Shown: positions 48,956-61,280 of the stretch, piece by piece | Layout: each line of letters opens with the position of its first letter | Numbering within the stretch: the stretch's first letter is position 1 | Assembly (NCBI RefSeq): GCF_035594765.1 | Contig: NC_085842.1 | Coordinates: 16,654,782-16,718,781 of the forward strand | Direction of reading: 5' to 3' | DNA from: Anolis carolinensis | Lineage: Eukaryota | DNA length: 64,000 bases | The notes under the pieces: model-generated | The model's database searches: none | Seen by the model: the letters and a program-made list of their open reading frames with translations, nothing else | What the model was told of the DNA's origin: nothing | Program-made: the position numbers and the translations under genes

Positions 48956-50664
48956 GTACACTTTTATGGTTGTCTGCCCCATTTTAGGAGGCAACCCTTG
49001 GCAGTGAAACCAGGGAGAAACCTGTTGGCAGAAACCCAGGCAAGTGATTCGCCTGAGCTGCCCATTTTGAGTGAGTCCCTGCTTTGGCGAGCATACAGAT
49101 CAGGTCCAATTGACATTAGCCAGCAAGTAAGGAGAGAAGGTGATTTTCAGCCAAGGGAGATTTTATTATCTGCAGCTAAGATGCTAGCTAGTGTTTCATT
49201 CCCAAAGTAGATAGCATACAGAATACAGTTTCATAGCCCTTTTTGTACACAAGCGGGCATAGGCTGTAGCCAAGCCTCTAATTCTGACCAATCACGGCTG
49301 GCATGGCTGTTTACAATGGGTGATTTGAGTGGCGACAGGTGAAGTTCCTCTTTATTGATAGGAAAAACAATAAAATGATTGAGGGCCCTACCCAGGAAGG
49401 CTATTGTTCTATGAGATGAACATGACATGGCCCATTAAGAGGGCTGGCCTGGCAATTCCTGACCCCAGAGAAACAAAACATCATATATTAATGCAATCAT
49501 GGAGAAATGACAGAGGATGGGTTTTGGCTGTAGAAATGCTGATTCCTTCCGATGTGAGTGGTCCCAGGCGTCAAAGACATGGGTGGTGAATGGCTCTTTC
49601 CCCAAGGGGCAAGGGAGATTTTCCCTGCCTGAATAGAAGTATTGTGTTGCAATGTCCAGGTGAAGTCCAAAAATATAGGTGAAACTGGGAACTTGATGAG
49701 GAAGTTCCCAGCTTTGTTTCTTTCCCCCAGGCTACAATTGTGTGGGATGCAAGACATCTTTGGGTTCAAGAACACGGTTTACCCAAAGGGAAGGAATGGG
49801 GATCTCAGGAGCATAAAACATTAGGTTAACACAACATATATAGGCAAAATAGGAACACATAGGAAAAAACATGGAGTGTTTAGGGTAAGCTACCCCTGGT
49901 TTTCATGGCACATCATATAAACCTGCAGAGGCATCAAAGGAGTGCTCTTTGCCTTTCATTTGGTTAGTGCTCCGGCAGGCACCAGAGAGAGAAAAAAGAA
50001 AAGAAAAAAAGGAGATCAGTGAGCGGTGACCTGGCCCAGATAAACTAGACATCCCAAGGATCTGGGGCTAGTTTTCTAATGCAACATGCTCTGGTCCACT
50101 CCTTTTGATCTATCTCGGCTCAATCACAGTCTGTGTGAAATGGATCAAGGAGTCTTTGTAGACACAAGCTGAACATGAGTCAACAGTGTTATGCACCACC
50201 TAAGGCCAATGTGATTCTAGGAGTCTAGTGCCTAGATCGAGGGAAGTATGAGTACCACTCTATTTTGCTGTGGTCAGATCTTACCTGGAATAAAACGTGC
50301 AGTTCTGGGCACCACAACTCAAGAAGAATATCAACAAGCTGGAATGTGTCCACAGAAGGGCAACCAAAACATTAAAAGGACAGGAAGCAAACAAAATAAA
50401 GCAAAACCTTCGAGGAACAGTACAGGAAGGTATGTTTAACCTAGGGAAGATGCTCCAGAGATTAGGTGTGCATCTACACCAGATACGGGCAAACTTCAGC
50501 CCTCCAGGTGTGAGTAAGCCAGATAGGTTACTTTTAACGAAGTCTATTTTTGTCTCTTAAGAGCATGATATAGAAACAAGGGATTTTATGGGAGAGTAGA
50601 TGTTTCGGGGCACTAAAAAGAACACTTCTGAAATTCTGCTGTTTTTGTGTATTGGCATGACCTT

Positions 50665-51774
50665 TCAGAGATCGTAACCTTTTGGAAAACCAGAGTCTCC
50701 ATAATCTTTTGGAGAAAATGGCATTCAGAACCATTTGAAAATCATAACCTTTTGTAAAAATATTATCTTCCAGAGAAGAGCCAAAAACCCGTTGAGTAAA
50801 ATCATCTCCTCAGTGGTATATATCCACATATACTTATGCAAGGCAATTTGGCTTCTCAGTTGTTAGACTGGTAACCTGGTTGTCTCTGATTTGTTAGGAA
50901 CAGAGAGTATGCCAATGAACAAAAATAGCGGTCCTTCAGGAGTGTTCTTTTCAGTGCCCAAAAACATCTACTCTCTCATATAATATCCTGTTTCTATATC
51001 ATGCTCTTAAGAGACAAAAATAAAGTAGCTTTCATTAAAAGTAACATCTGGTTTACTCACCACCTTCATATATTCAGCATACAGGTACATAACTTATCAA
51101 TCCAGTTATAGATAGGGTTGAAGTAGTTTCTCTGTACAGATAACACAGGGCATCTTTCTTATAATCTTAACAGTCCAAAGTCTAATAGCGTTCTCATGGA
51201 GCCTGCACTCCAAGCAGTCTAAAATCTAAAGGCATCTCTGATGGAGTCTGATGGAATGGAGTCTGACCTCTGAGCAGTCTCAGATCTGATCATGTGCTCT
51301 GCAGCCCCTCCCACAACCTCAAGTAACATAGAGTAAAGGGAAAGCTGCATATCAAAGCATAAATATACAATACAGTAAGCAAACAATCATATACAGTAGA
51401 GTCTCACTTATCCAACATAAACGGGCTGGCAGAACGTTGGATAAGCGAATATGTTGGATAATAAGGAGAGATTAAGAAAAAGCCTTTTAAACATCAAAAT
51501 AGGTTATGATTTTACAAATTAAGCACCAAAACATGTTATACAACAAATTTGACAGAAAACGTAGTTCAATACGCAGTAATGTTATGTTGTAATTACTGTA
51601 TTTACAAATTTAGCACCAAAATATCACGATGTATTGAAAACATTGACTACAAAAATGCGTTGGATAATCCAGAATGTTGGATAAGCGAGTGTTGGATAAG
51701 TGAGACTCTATTGTACAAGCAAATTACTAGTGGAGGAGGCTTGAAGAAGGTTGCTATTTACAACAATCCAGTTC
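50665..51774 (-). mobile_element. LTR of the 20314 family with a nested mariner MITE (51394-51713)
   Basis: Shares gtttactcac/ggagtctga/gaaggttgctattt.caaca blocks with 20314-21192; left boundary uncertain. Confidence 0.7.
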
Positions 51775-52382
51775 AACATATTGTGATAATCAAAGCACTC
51801 CTGACTGATAGCCATTCAACCTGTTTAAAAGAAGGGGACCGCATCATACAGAACATTCCATTGTCAAACAGATCTTCCCGTCAGGAAGCTTTTCCTAATA
51901 TTCAGGTGGAATCTCTTTACCTGTGGTTTAAACCCATTGCTCTGTGTCCTAGTCTCTGGATCAACAGAAAACAAGCTTGCTCCATCCTCAACATGACATC
52001 CTTTCAAATGGGTTGTTGTGAGGGGTCTGGGAAGTTGAGGATGCCTGCCATAGATGTAGACAAAACGTCAAGAGAGAATGCTTCTGCAACATGGCCAGAA
52101 AACCCACAGCAACCCAGTGATTCCGGCCATGAAAGCTTTTGACAATCCTTTCAAATGTTTAGACCTGACTATCATATCCCCTCTTAATCTTTGCTTCTCG
52201 AGTCTAAATATAAGAACTCCCCAAGTCCTTCCCCGTAGGGCGTCCAAAGATGGCAATACATCAGCCAGCCTTGAGGTTACCTTCAATCTACTTCTTTTTC
52301 CAATAGTTGACATGTTTATTTGAAAGAGTATAAAAAGATAATAGCCAATTTTTTAAAACCCTCACCTTTTCTATTCCTACAG

Positions 52383-52462
52383 GAGATGAAACAGAGACAA
52401 TATGTCGTGGATCACCTCGCAGTTTCTACGTACACAGCTCGACGTATGTGAAACCAGATCAG
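52383..52462 (+). CDS. Gene C coding exon 3 (pre-KRAB linker)
   Basis: TTCCTACAG| GDETETICRGSPRSFYVHSSTYVKPDQ |GTAGGC; 80 nt, same size and acceptor as gene D 63859-63938. Confidence 0.85.
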
Positions 52463-52519
52463 GTAGGCACCAGGATCCCTGATGCACCAAGAAGGGGGTC
52501 AGACTTCCTGTATTCCCTA

Positions 52520-53101
52520 TATAAAACCTCCACGGCCTCAACATAATTTTGCTATTTCCCCCTCTCTCCATCCAAGAGGCTTGCAGCAAAGTCCCTATGC
52601 AAAGATTTAAATCTAAACAGGTCACCACAAGCAACTGATTTGTGGGGATTTGTAAAAAGGTACCTTGATGTAATGGGTTGACTGGAAAGGCATGTATCGG
52701 CAGCTGATTGGCTGAGCCAGCCAGGAACCAACATCCTGATTGGCTGTTTCTGGCTTGCTGCTGAGATAAATGGTTTTAACTGCCATTCTCACCTCAGAGA
52801 GTGAAGAGAGCGCTGACTGGAAACAATCAGGAATGAAATGGCTGCCAACTCTCCGAAGCCTGATTATTTCTAAGGCAAAAGAGGCATATTTAAAGACTGT
52901 TTAAAAGAACTGTTTATTCCCTCTCTTTTCTGTAAGAATTCAGAAAGACTGCTGTATATATTGTTACCCTGTTTGATCTTTTGAAATGAAGTAAAGTTAC
53001 TATTACTTGTTACGCAAACCTGAGTGACACTTTATTATAATGCAGGGTGTATTTTGGTCCAGAAACAGTGGTAAAGCTTCTATTTATTTACATCTACAAC
53101 A
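52520..53101 (+). mobile_element. Probable solo LTR (582 bp) in the pre-KRAB intron of gene C
   Basis: Ends ...ACAACA; flanks CCCTA/CCCAA; two GATTGGCTG (CCAAT) boxes, GATAAA, AGTAAA; 5' TG decayed. Confidence 0.5.
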
Positions 53102-53165
53102 CCCAACATGATTTTCTCCTTGGGGGTGAGCGTTTCCTGCTCACCAATAATGTTTCTGTGTCCAG

Positions 53166-53286
53166 GCCATCTTCCAAGAGGTGGCCGTGTCTTTCAGTAA
53201 GGAGGAGTGGGCCCTGCTGGATCCGGACCAAAGGGACTTACATCAGAAGGTCATGGAGGAAAATTTGGAGGCCGTGGCCTCCTTGG
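53166..53286 (+). CDS. Gene C KRAB-A exon
   Basis: [40 protein letters not shown](G); 121 nt. Confidence 0.92.
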
Positions 53287-53590
53287 GTAAGACTCCTGTT
53301 TTCTGTGTTGTCGAAGGCTTTCATGGCTGGAATCACTGGGCTGCTGTGTGTTTTTTGGGCTATATGGCCATCTTCCAGCAGCATTCTCTCCTGTGGCTGG
53401 CATCTTCAGAAGTTCTGTTGGCAATGAAGCAAGCGGAATGTATATATACCTGGGGAAGGCCCATGGTGGGAGAAAGTCCCCTTGTCTGTTTGAAGCAAGT
53501 ATGAATGTTGCAGTTAGCATACTCTTAACTCTTAAATATCAGTTTCTCTTTCTTGCCTGGACTTTCACCAAAGGTCTCTGTGCTTTCCAG

Positions 53591-53725
53591 GAGCTGGTGA
53601 CTGGGAGAATGTGAAAGAAGAACTAGTCAGGTCATTGATGGAAGGAGACAGATCCGCAGAGAGAGAAGACAGAGTTATCTCTTTTTGGACAGTCAGACAG
53701 ACGGAAAATGGTCCAGAAAAATCAG
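53591..53725 (+). CDS. Gene C spacer exon (separated from the finger array)
   Basis: TTTCCAG| GAGDWENVKEELVRSLMEGDRSAEREDRVISFWTVRQTENGPEKS CAG|GTAATG; phase 1 to 1. Confidence 0.7.
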
Positions 53726-54264
53726 GTAATGGGTCAAAGGCTAGGGCATTGTAATTCTTATTTGTAGTGCAAAAAACGATAAAAGAACAATGCAATATTT
53801 AAAATGAAGAACAGTTTTAACCAACATAAACTTACCAGTGTTTCCGTGGGAGTGAGGGCCTGCCTTTGGATGATGAGATGGTCAAGTTACTTAGGCCTGT
53901 TGTACCTCCAAATTTTTTCAGACGTAGGGGGACCCTATGTCTAAAATTTAGAGTGGGAGCTGGGTAAATGGCCTTGGAGGGCAACATTTGACCCACAGGC
54001 CTTGGTTTGGGGACGCCTGACCTTGAGGTTTGAGTGTTGGACTATGACTCTGGAGACTAGGCTTCGATTCCTTCCTTGGATACTTGGGCAAGTCACATTC
54101 AGCCTCAGAAAACCCTGTTCACTTGCCAGACAAGAAGTCTAAAACAGCCCAAAAGAGCTTAATAAACACCTATATGTCCCTCATTCCAGGTTTAGGCATT
54201 ACTTACTCCAGTATTTTCCTCTTTTTATATAAGTTTTGGTATGCTCAAACCACAGCATTTCTCC

Positions 54265-55320
54265 AATTTTTGGAAAATGGAAATCTCCATAACGTTTTGG
54301 AGATGGTATGATCTTAGGAAAGGCATGACCTTGTTAAAAGTCATAACCTTTTGAAAAATGATGTCATAACCTTTTAGGAAATAGCATTCAGGCAAGGCAA
54401 TTAGGTTGTTCAGCTGTTAGACTGATTTTTTTTCTGTGTCAGGAGCGACTTGAGAAACTGCAAGTTGCTTCTGGCGTGAGAGAACTGGCCATTTGCAAAG
54501 ACGTTGCCCAAGGGATGCCTGGATGTTTTGATGTTTTTACCTCCTTGTGGGAGGTTTTTCTCATGTCCCCACATGGAGCTGGAGCTGATAAGAGAGGTTG
54601 GATTTGAACCGGCAACCTTTAGGTCAGCAACCAAACCTCCAAGTCAGCAGTCCTGCTGGCACAAGGGTTTAACCCACTGTGCCACCGGGGAAGCCGGGTG
54701 TTAAACCGATGTACCTAGATACGTCTTTGAACAGTTAGGGACAAAGATATGCCAGTGCACAAATTCAGAAGTGTTCTTTTTAGGTGGCCAAAAAAATCTA
54801 CTCTCCCTTAAAACATATTTGCATTTAAATCATGCTTTCCAGAGACAAAAATAAGCAGACTTCTTTAAAAGTAACATAGTTGGTTTACTCACAAACTTCA
54901 TGTTCTCAGCATACAGGTATTTTGCATAGCGATCCAGTTAAAGATAGAATTTGAAACAATATCTCTGTGTAAATAACACAGGGCGTCTTTCTTATAATCA
55001 ACAGTCCATAGTCTGAACCATCTTTCTTTTCTGAGAATCTAATAGAGCCTGTCTAGTCTGAAAGTCCAAAGGATTCTTATCTCTACTGACATCTGAAAGC
55101 ATACATCTGTTTCTACTGAAGTCTCTAAGCATACTGTTTCTAAAATGGAGTCTGAGTCCTGAATAGTCCCAGATCTGATCACATGTTCTGTACCCCTCCC
55201 ACAACACAGAGTTAAGGAAAACTGCATATCAATACACACATATACAATACAGTAAACAATCTGAATTATATACACAACAAATAACTAGTGGAGGCTTAAA
55301 GAAGGTTGCTATTTCCAACA
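54265..55320 (-). mobile_element. LTR of the 20314 family with a nested A-tailed SINE (54426-54695)
   Basis: Ends gaaggttgctatttccaaca; internal homology to 50665-51774. Confidence 0.72.
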
Positions 55321-55473
55321 GCTCAAACCATAACATTTTCCTCAATGTAAGAAGAAAGTTATACTGAAACACCTCCCTTTACCAAAATGACTTTTCTTGT
55401 AATTTTAAACTATTTAATGAGCACTTTAATCTGATTATACCCATTATTTTTTCTCATTTTCCTCATCGTCAAG

Positions 55474-56669
55474 CAACTCACAGAGAAAAGGAATCATTTC
55501 AATACCCGGACTGTGGAAAGAGCCAGGAGATGTACCTCTCTGGCCAGCAAACAACATATACTAAGAAGAAGCCCTTCAAGTGCTTAGAGTGCGGAAAATG
55601 TTTCAGTCAGAAGATCAGTATAGCTTGTCATCAGGCAATTCACACAGGAGAGAAGCTGTTTACTTGTTTGGATTGTGGGAAAAGTTTCAGTCGGAAGAGA
55701 AGCCTCACGTGTCACCAAGCGATTCACACTGGGGAGAAACCCTTCAAATGCTCGGCGTGTGAAAAGAGCTTCAGCCAGAAAATACACCTCACTAATCATC
55801 AAGTAACCCACACAGGGGAGAAGCGGTTTCCATGCCCTGAATGTGGGAAGCATTTCAGTCGGAAGGAATACCTCCTTTCCCATCAGGCGATTCATTCTGA
55901 GGAGAAGCCATTTAAATGCCCAGAGTGTGGAAAGGGCTTCTGTCAGAAGAAACATCTCACCTATCATCAAGCTACTCATACTGGGGAGAAGCCATTCCAA
56001 TGCTTGGAGTGTGGAAAGTCTTTTATTCGGAAGGAACACCTCACTTGCCACCAAAAAACTCACTCCGGGGAGAAACCCTTCAAATGCTTGGAGTGTGGAA
56101 AGAGCTTCCGTCAGAAGGAATACCTTGCCTCTCACCAAACCATTCACACAGGGAAGAAACCCTTTAAATGCGTAGAATGTGAAAGCACTTTCACAGAAAA
56201 AAGAAGTCTAATTGACCATCAAGCAACACACTCTGGGGAGAAGCCATTCAAATGCTTGGATTGCGGGAAGAACTTCAGGCGTAAGACCCACCTCACAGTA
56301 CATCAAAGAATCCACACAGGAGAGAAACCCTTTAAATGCTTGGAGTGTGAAAGAAGCTTCAGTCTGAAGACAACGCTCCATCTTCACCAAGCTACACACA
56401 CAGGTGAAAAGCCATTTAAATGCCCTGAGTGCGGGAAAAGTTTCTCCCGAAAGACTCGACTTACTGCACATCAAGTCATTCACACCGGAGAGAAACCACA
56501 TAAATGCTTGGAGTGCGGAAAGAGTTTCAGTTGGCAGCGAAGCATGATTCGTCATCAGATAACTCACACAGGAGAGAAGCCATTTGCATGTTTGGAATGT
56601 GGAAAGAGCTTCCTTCGGAAGACAGACCTCAAGCGTCATCAAGCAATTCACAAAAGGGAAAAGCATTGA
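55474..56669 (+). CDS. Gene C terminal exon: 13 C2H2 zinc fingers
   Basis: ORF 55530-56669; predicted phase-1 acceptor (pyrimidine tract...GTCAAG|) keeps the frame with exon 53591-53725; frameshifted finger remnants follow the stop. Confidence 0.88.
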
Positions 56670-56933
56670 CAAGTTTGGAGTGCGGGAAGAGTTTCTCCCA
56701 GCAAGTTCGTCTCATTTGTCACCGAGGGGGGCAGTCGTTGAAGTGCTCAGAGTATAGAAAGCAGTTTTCCTTCAGCCAAAACCATGAGGGGCCTGAACTT
56801 TTGTTATAGAGAAAACAGAACTGAAAAAGTATTATTTTAGGGGTTTTGTGGGGATTATTAGAATTAAAAAAGGTTTCTTTCTGAACATACTTCTTTTAAT
56901 GAAATGTCAAATAGAGAGTTCCTGAAAATATCA

Positions 56934-56939
56934 AATAAA
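56934..56939 (+). terminator. Candidate polyadenylation signal of gene C
   Basis: First AATAAA after the stop codon. Confidence 0.35.
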
Positions 56940-57639
56940 GAGTTCCTGAAAATAATTAGAGAAGGGTTCAAGTTCGACAATGTTCAATGCCAGCAGAATG
57001 TTGGATAAGCAAAAATGTTGGCTAATAAGGAGGGATTAAGGAAAAGCCTACTAAACTCAAATTACTTTATGATTTGACAAATTAAGCACCAAAACATAAT
57101 ATTTTATAACAAATTGACAGAAAAAGCAGTTCAATACATGGTAATGTTATGTAGTAATTACTATATTTACGAATTTAGCACCAAAACATTGCAGTATATT
57201 GAAAACATTGACTATAAAAACATTGGCTACTAACAAATTGACTACAAATAAAGACAGAATTGCATAAAATGAACGTACAGTTACAACATTGTCGGAAGTG
57301 AAATCCGCAAAAAGTTCAGTCCTTGCTGCCTAGAGAAACAGCTGTGGATCCGGTGGGAGGCAAAGTGTGTTGGATAATCCAGAACATTGGATAAGCGAAG
57401 GTTGGGTAAGCGAGAATTTACTGGATATATTTGCTAGGTTGCTGTGAGGTTTTTGGGCTGTATGGCCATGTTCCAGCACCATTCTCTCCTGACGGTTCTG
57501 TTGAATGCCAGCCACAGATGCAGGCGAAACGTTAGGAGAGAATGCTACTGGAACATCACAGAAAAACTCACAGCAACCCAGTGATTCCAACCATGAAAGT
57601 CTTCGACAGTACATTAAGCATAAATTTTGATGGATTACT

Positions 57640-58002
57640 ACTATTTTTTAAAACATGTTATCAGAAAAAAGCTTTAGGATTTACAGAAAATAACATGAAT
57701 GTTGTAATCATGAGCAACATGACTTTACTCTTATCAGTCCAAAGTCTATGTGGTGTCTCATGGACCCTGTGCTCTAATGGAGTCTAAGTCTAAACATCTC
57801 ATGGTTAAAGCATTTCTGTGTTCTAAAATGGAGTCTGAGCTCTCAACAGTCCCAGATCTGATCATGTGGTTTGCAGCCACTCCACAACCTCAAGAAACAT
57901 AAAGGGAAATCCGCATATCAAAACGCACATATACAATACAGTAAGCAAACAGAATCATATACAAACAAATTACTAATGGAAGCATGAAGAAGGTTGCTAC
58001 AG
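57640..58002 (-). mobile_element. Partial LTR of the 20314 family
   Basis: atggagtctgag...cagatctgatcatgt...gaaggttgcta homology. Confidence 0.6.
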
Positions 58003-58867
58003 AATTGACCCTGGAAATTAGAATGTATAATTCACAAATTGAGAGCACTTTGAATCTAACTGATGATGGATCTTCACCAAACTTAACACACAATACCCTA
58101 TACGACCAGCTCTAAATACTGGCAAGGCTTTGGGCGGGTTGACCTATAATGTTGAGAGTTGCATTTCACCCGCTCCCAAAGAACACTGTAACTCCTACTA
58201 ATGATGGATCTGTGCCACACTTAGCACATATATCAATCATGACCAGCTGAAAACAACAGGGAGCTACATCAGGGGGATGAACACAGGAGCAGGGGAGTTG
58301 TAGTTAACTTGCATCCAGAGAGGCCTATGAATTGTGTTGTTTATTTGTTCAGTCGCTTCCAACTCTTCGTGACCTCAGGGATCAGCCCAGGCCGGAGCTC
58401 CCTGTCGGCCATGGCCACCCGCAGTTCCTTCAAGGACAAGCCAGTCCCTTCAAGGATACCATCCAACCATCTTGTCCTTGATCAGCCCCTCTTCCTTTTC
58501 CCTTCCATTTTCCGCAACATCATTCTCTTCTTCAAGCTTTTCTGTCTTCTAATTATGTGACCTAAGTACTTCATCTTCATCTCTAATATCTTTCCCTCCA
58601 GTGATCAGTCGGGCATTATTTCCTGGAGTGGTTTGATCTTCTTGCTGTCCAAGGCACTCTCATAATTTCCCCCCAACACCACAGTTCAAAAGCATCTATC
58701 TTCCTTCGCTCAGCCTTACTTATGGTCCAGCTCTCGCACCCATAGATTACTATGGGGAATACTATTGCTTTAACTATGCGGACTTTTATTGCCAGTATGA
58801 TGTCTCTACTCTTCACTATTTTATTGAGGTTGGACATTGCTCTCCTCCCAAGAAGTAAAAGTCTTCT

Positions 58868-59076
58868 GGGTTGTTGTGTGTTTTTCGGGCTGTATACCCA
58901 TGTTCCAGAAGTATTCTCTCCTGACGTTTCACCCACATCTATGGCAGGCATCCTCAGAGTTTGTGAGGATGTGGACAAAACATCATGAGAGAATACTTCT
59001 GGAACATGGCCATACAGCCATGGCCAAACACACAACAACCCTGTGATTCCGGACATGAAAGCCTTTGACAACACAT
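58868..59076. mobile_element. Short Penelope insertion made of inverted pLTR halves
   Basis: TSD TAAAAGTCTTCT (58856-58867, 59077-59088). Confidence 0.8.
58918..58961 (-). ncRNA. Minimal hammerhead ribozyme motif (core intact)
   Basis: - strand ACU-CUGAGGA-U-GCCUGC-CAUAGAU-GUGGGU-GAAAC-GUC-AGG. Confidence 0.6.
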
Positions 59077-59270
59077 TAAAAGTCTTCTGATTTCCTGGCT
59101 GCAGTCTGTGTCTGTAGTAATCTTCGTGCCTAGAAATAAAAGTGTCATTGCCTCCGCGTTTTCTCCCTCTATTTGCCCGTTATCAATCAGTCTCATTGCC
59201 ATTATCTTGGGTTTTTTTATGTTTAACTGCAACCCAGCTTTTGCCCTTTCTTCTTTCCGCTTGGTGATAA

Positions 59271-61280
59271 TGTTGTCGACCGCACTTTAGGGGATCGGGC
59301 CCTTAAGGAGAGACCCGACCCGGTCCTGAGGGAACGGACCTTGGCGAAGCCAAAAGGAGAATATAAGCCGCAATACAACCTGAAGCCTGAAATGAAGAAG
59401 GTCCGCCAAAGGTGAAGGAAAATCCGCCAAGGAGTCTTTATTGAGCAATTCAGCTGAAAAGGACGCTAATAGCGATCATTCAATCTACTAGCGTAACATG
59501 TGTTTCAAATAAAGCCATATTTATACAATGTTTCGGTCTGACAGCCCTTTGAATTTCCCGCCCCGCTCCTCCGCCCATCTGATCGCGGATAGGCTAGAGG
59601 GTTGAACGAGGCGGGCTTTCGTTTCCCGCCTTGCTCCGCTGGCCCAATAGGGAGCTGCTTTTTGTCCCCACCCGGGCCAATCGGGAAGGGGAAAGGCGGG
59701 AGTTATTGGAACAATGAAGTGACAGGACAGGAAATATCAGATTAATCCTGGCCCAGCCGATTTCTAAAGGAATTAATGGCACCCATCAAGGATGTCCGGG
59801 GTCCTGTCACGTTCACAGATGGTGTCAGGGAGAAGTGAAGAAGGGTGGTGATGAACCGTCATTGACGGGCTCCACAGGGGTGCCTTCCTGAGGCGTCCTG
59901 GCCTGGGATATGACAATGTTTGCCTTGGGGCCGAGTCACCTTTAGGAATTTGGTGACTCAAGCCCTATATTGTCCATGCAATCGGAATGAGATTGGATTA
60001 AACTGTGGCACATTATCCTTTTGTTTTTTGGGAAGGGAGGTTTGGGTCATAGGGCTAAGGTTCATGTTGGGGTCATAATGTTTCCCATTTGATTTCATGA
60101 TTTGACAATTATATGGGATAGAATGAAAATTAAAATATAGTTGGAACATAAACCCTGCTGGGAAGAATACATATTTTCCGGGGATCCCAAAGAGTACAAA
60201 TACATATAGGCAGATAGATAGATTTCAAGGAAATAAAGAAGAATCCATAAAGGTGGGTGACATTGCATAAAGGGGAATCATGAATGATATAAACAATTGA
60301 AAACATTTGATAAGAACGAAGTTTACAACATCTGGGGAACCCAATATAGAAGTGGAGTTCTAGCAGCATGATTTCACAATTCAGGAAGTTAGCCCAACGA
60401 TTAGAAGTTCATACAGCAGTGAGTCATGAGAGTGTCCAAGTACATAGAATATGAAAATTCACAAATACATGAGGAAAAAGAGTTCATAAGGAATTCATAG
60501 AGATGGCATGGGAAGGGGCACATGTGGGTTGTAGTCTTTGGAAGTATAGGATTTCATAAGTCCAGGGATAGGTCTGGGGAAGAGTGTTCTTCTCCTTCAT
60601 AAAATTATGAAAGTATGAATGAAACGTGGAGGGCACCCGTCCGGGCACCCCCTGGCAGCTGTAGATAGGGTAAGGGTTCTTGGAGAACTATGTTTCCCCA
60701 GCGAGAGAGCGATCCCCCCATCCCCAGTCCACAGAAAGGGGCTAGGGATCTCTTAAAACCATTCCGCGGGCCGCGGGGAGAGGAAAGTCCGGGATAAGGC
60801 TGGAGGAGGGCAGTCGGTCCCGTTTGACAGTCAGCTGTTGAGGTGCCGAAAACTGGACCGATTTCGGTTCCGCTGGTTGTCTTCGAGTCAGGAGCCTTAG
60901 AAAGGGTTAGGACTAAAAGAGGAGCGTTCTAGGGGTAATTTTGATAGAGATATGAGCCGATTTGTATCGTCCGCCATATTAATCTATGGCGGAGAAACCT
61001 CAGCCGGAGTTAAAGGGACAGGAGAGAGAGAGAAATTGCATGCGGAGGAAGGAGTCAGAGAAAGACACAAAATAACCAGATAGAGAGTGTTATTGTTAAA
61101 ATAAATGCTATTTTTATTGGAGGGTTTTGTTACATAGATCAGGGAAGGGGAAAATGAAGAAAGAAAAAAAGTCTTTTAATAATAGTCTGCTGCGGTCCCG
61201 CTTCGTTCCTTTGGTGAGTGATCTACGGAACTCTCCGCTGCGTTTTTAAATTAATTTAAAAGCCGGGGTTTCGGTTATCA
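59271..61280 (-). mobile_element. Very long solo LTR (2010 bp), CpG-rich
   Basis: TG...CA termini, 4-bp TSD ATAA, precise interruption of the BovB RT frame; - strand TATAAATA ~59520 and AATAAA ~59438; GC and CCAAT boxes at 59555-59690. Confidence 0.85.

Noticed and set aside
49215-50140. CCAAT-containing unique-looking intronic segment, possibly an LTR
   Set aside because: No termini, TSD or second copy identified.
59958-60369. U3-encoded ORF (superantigen/nef-like) in the long LTR
   Set aside because: Only short 63-79 aa ORFs without recognisable features; cannot be supported without comparing other copies.
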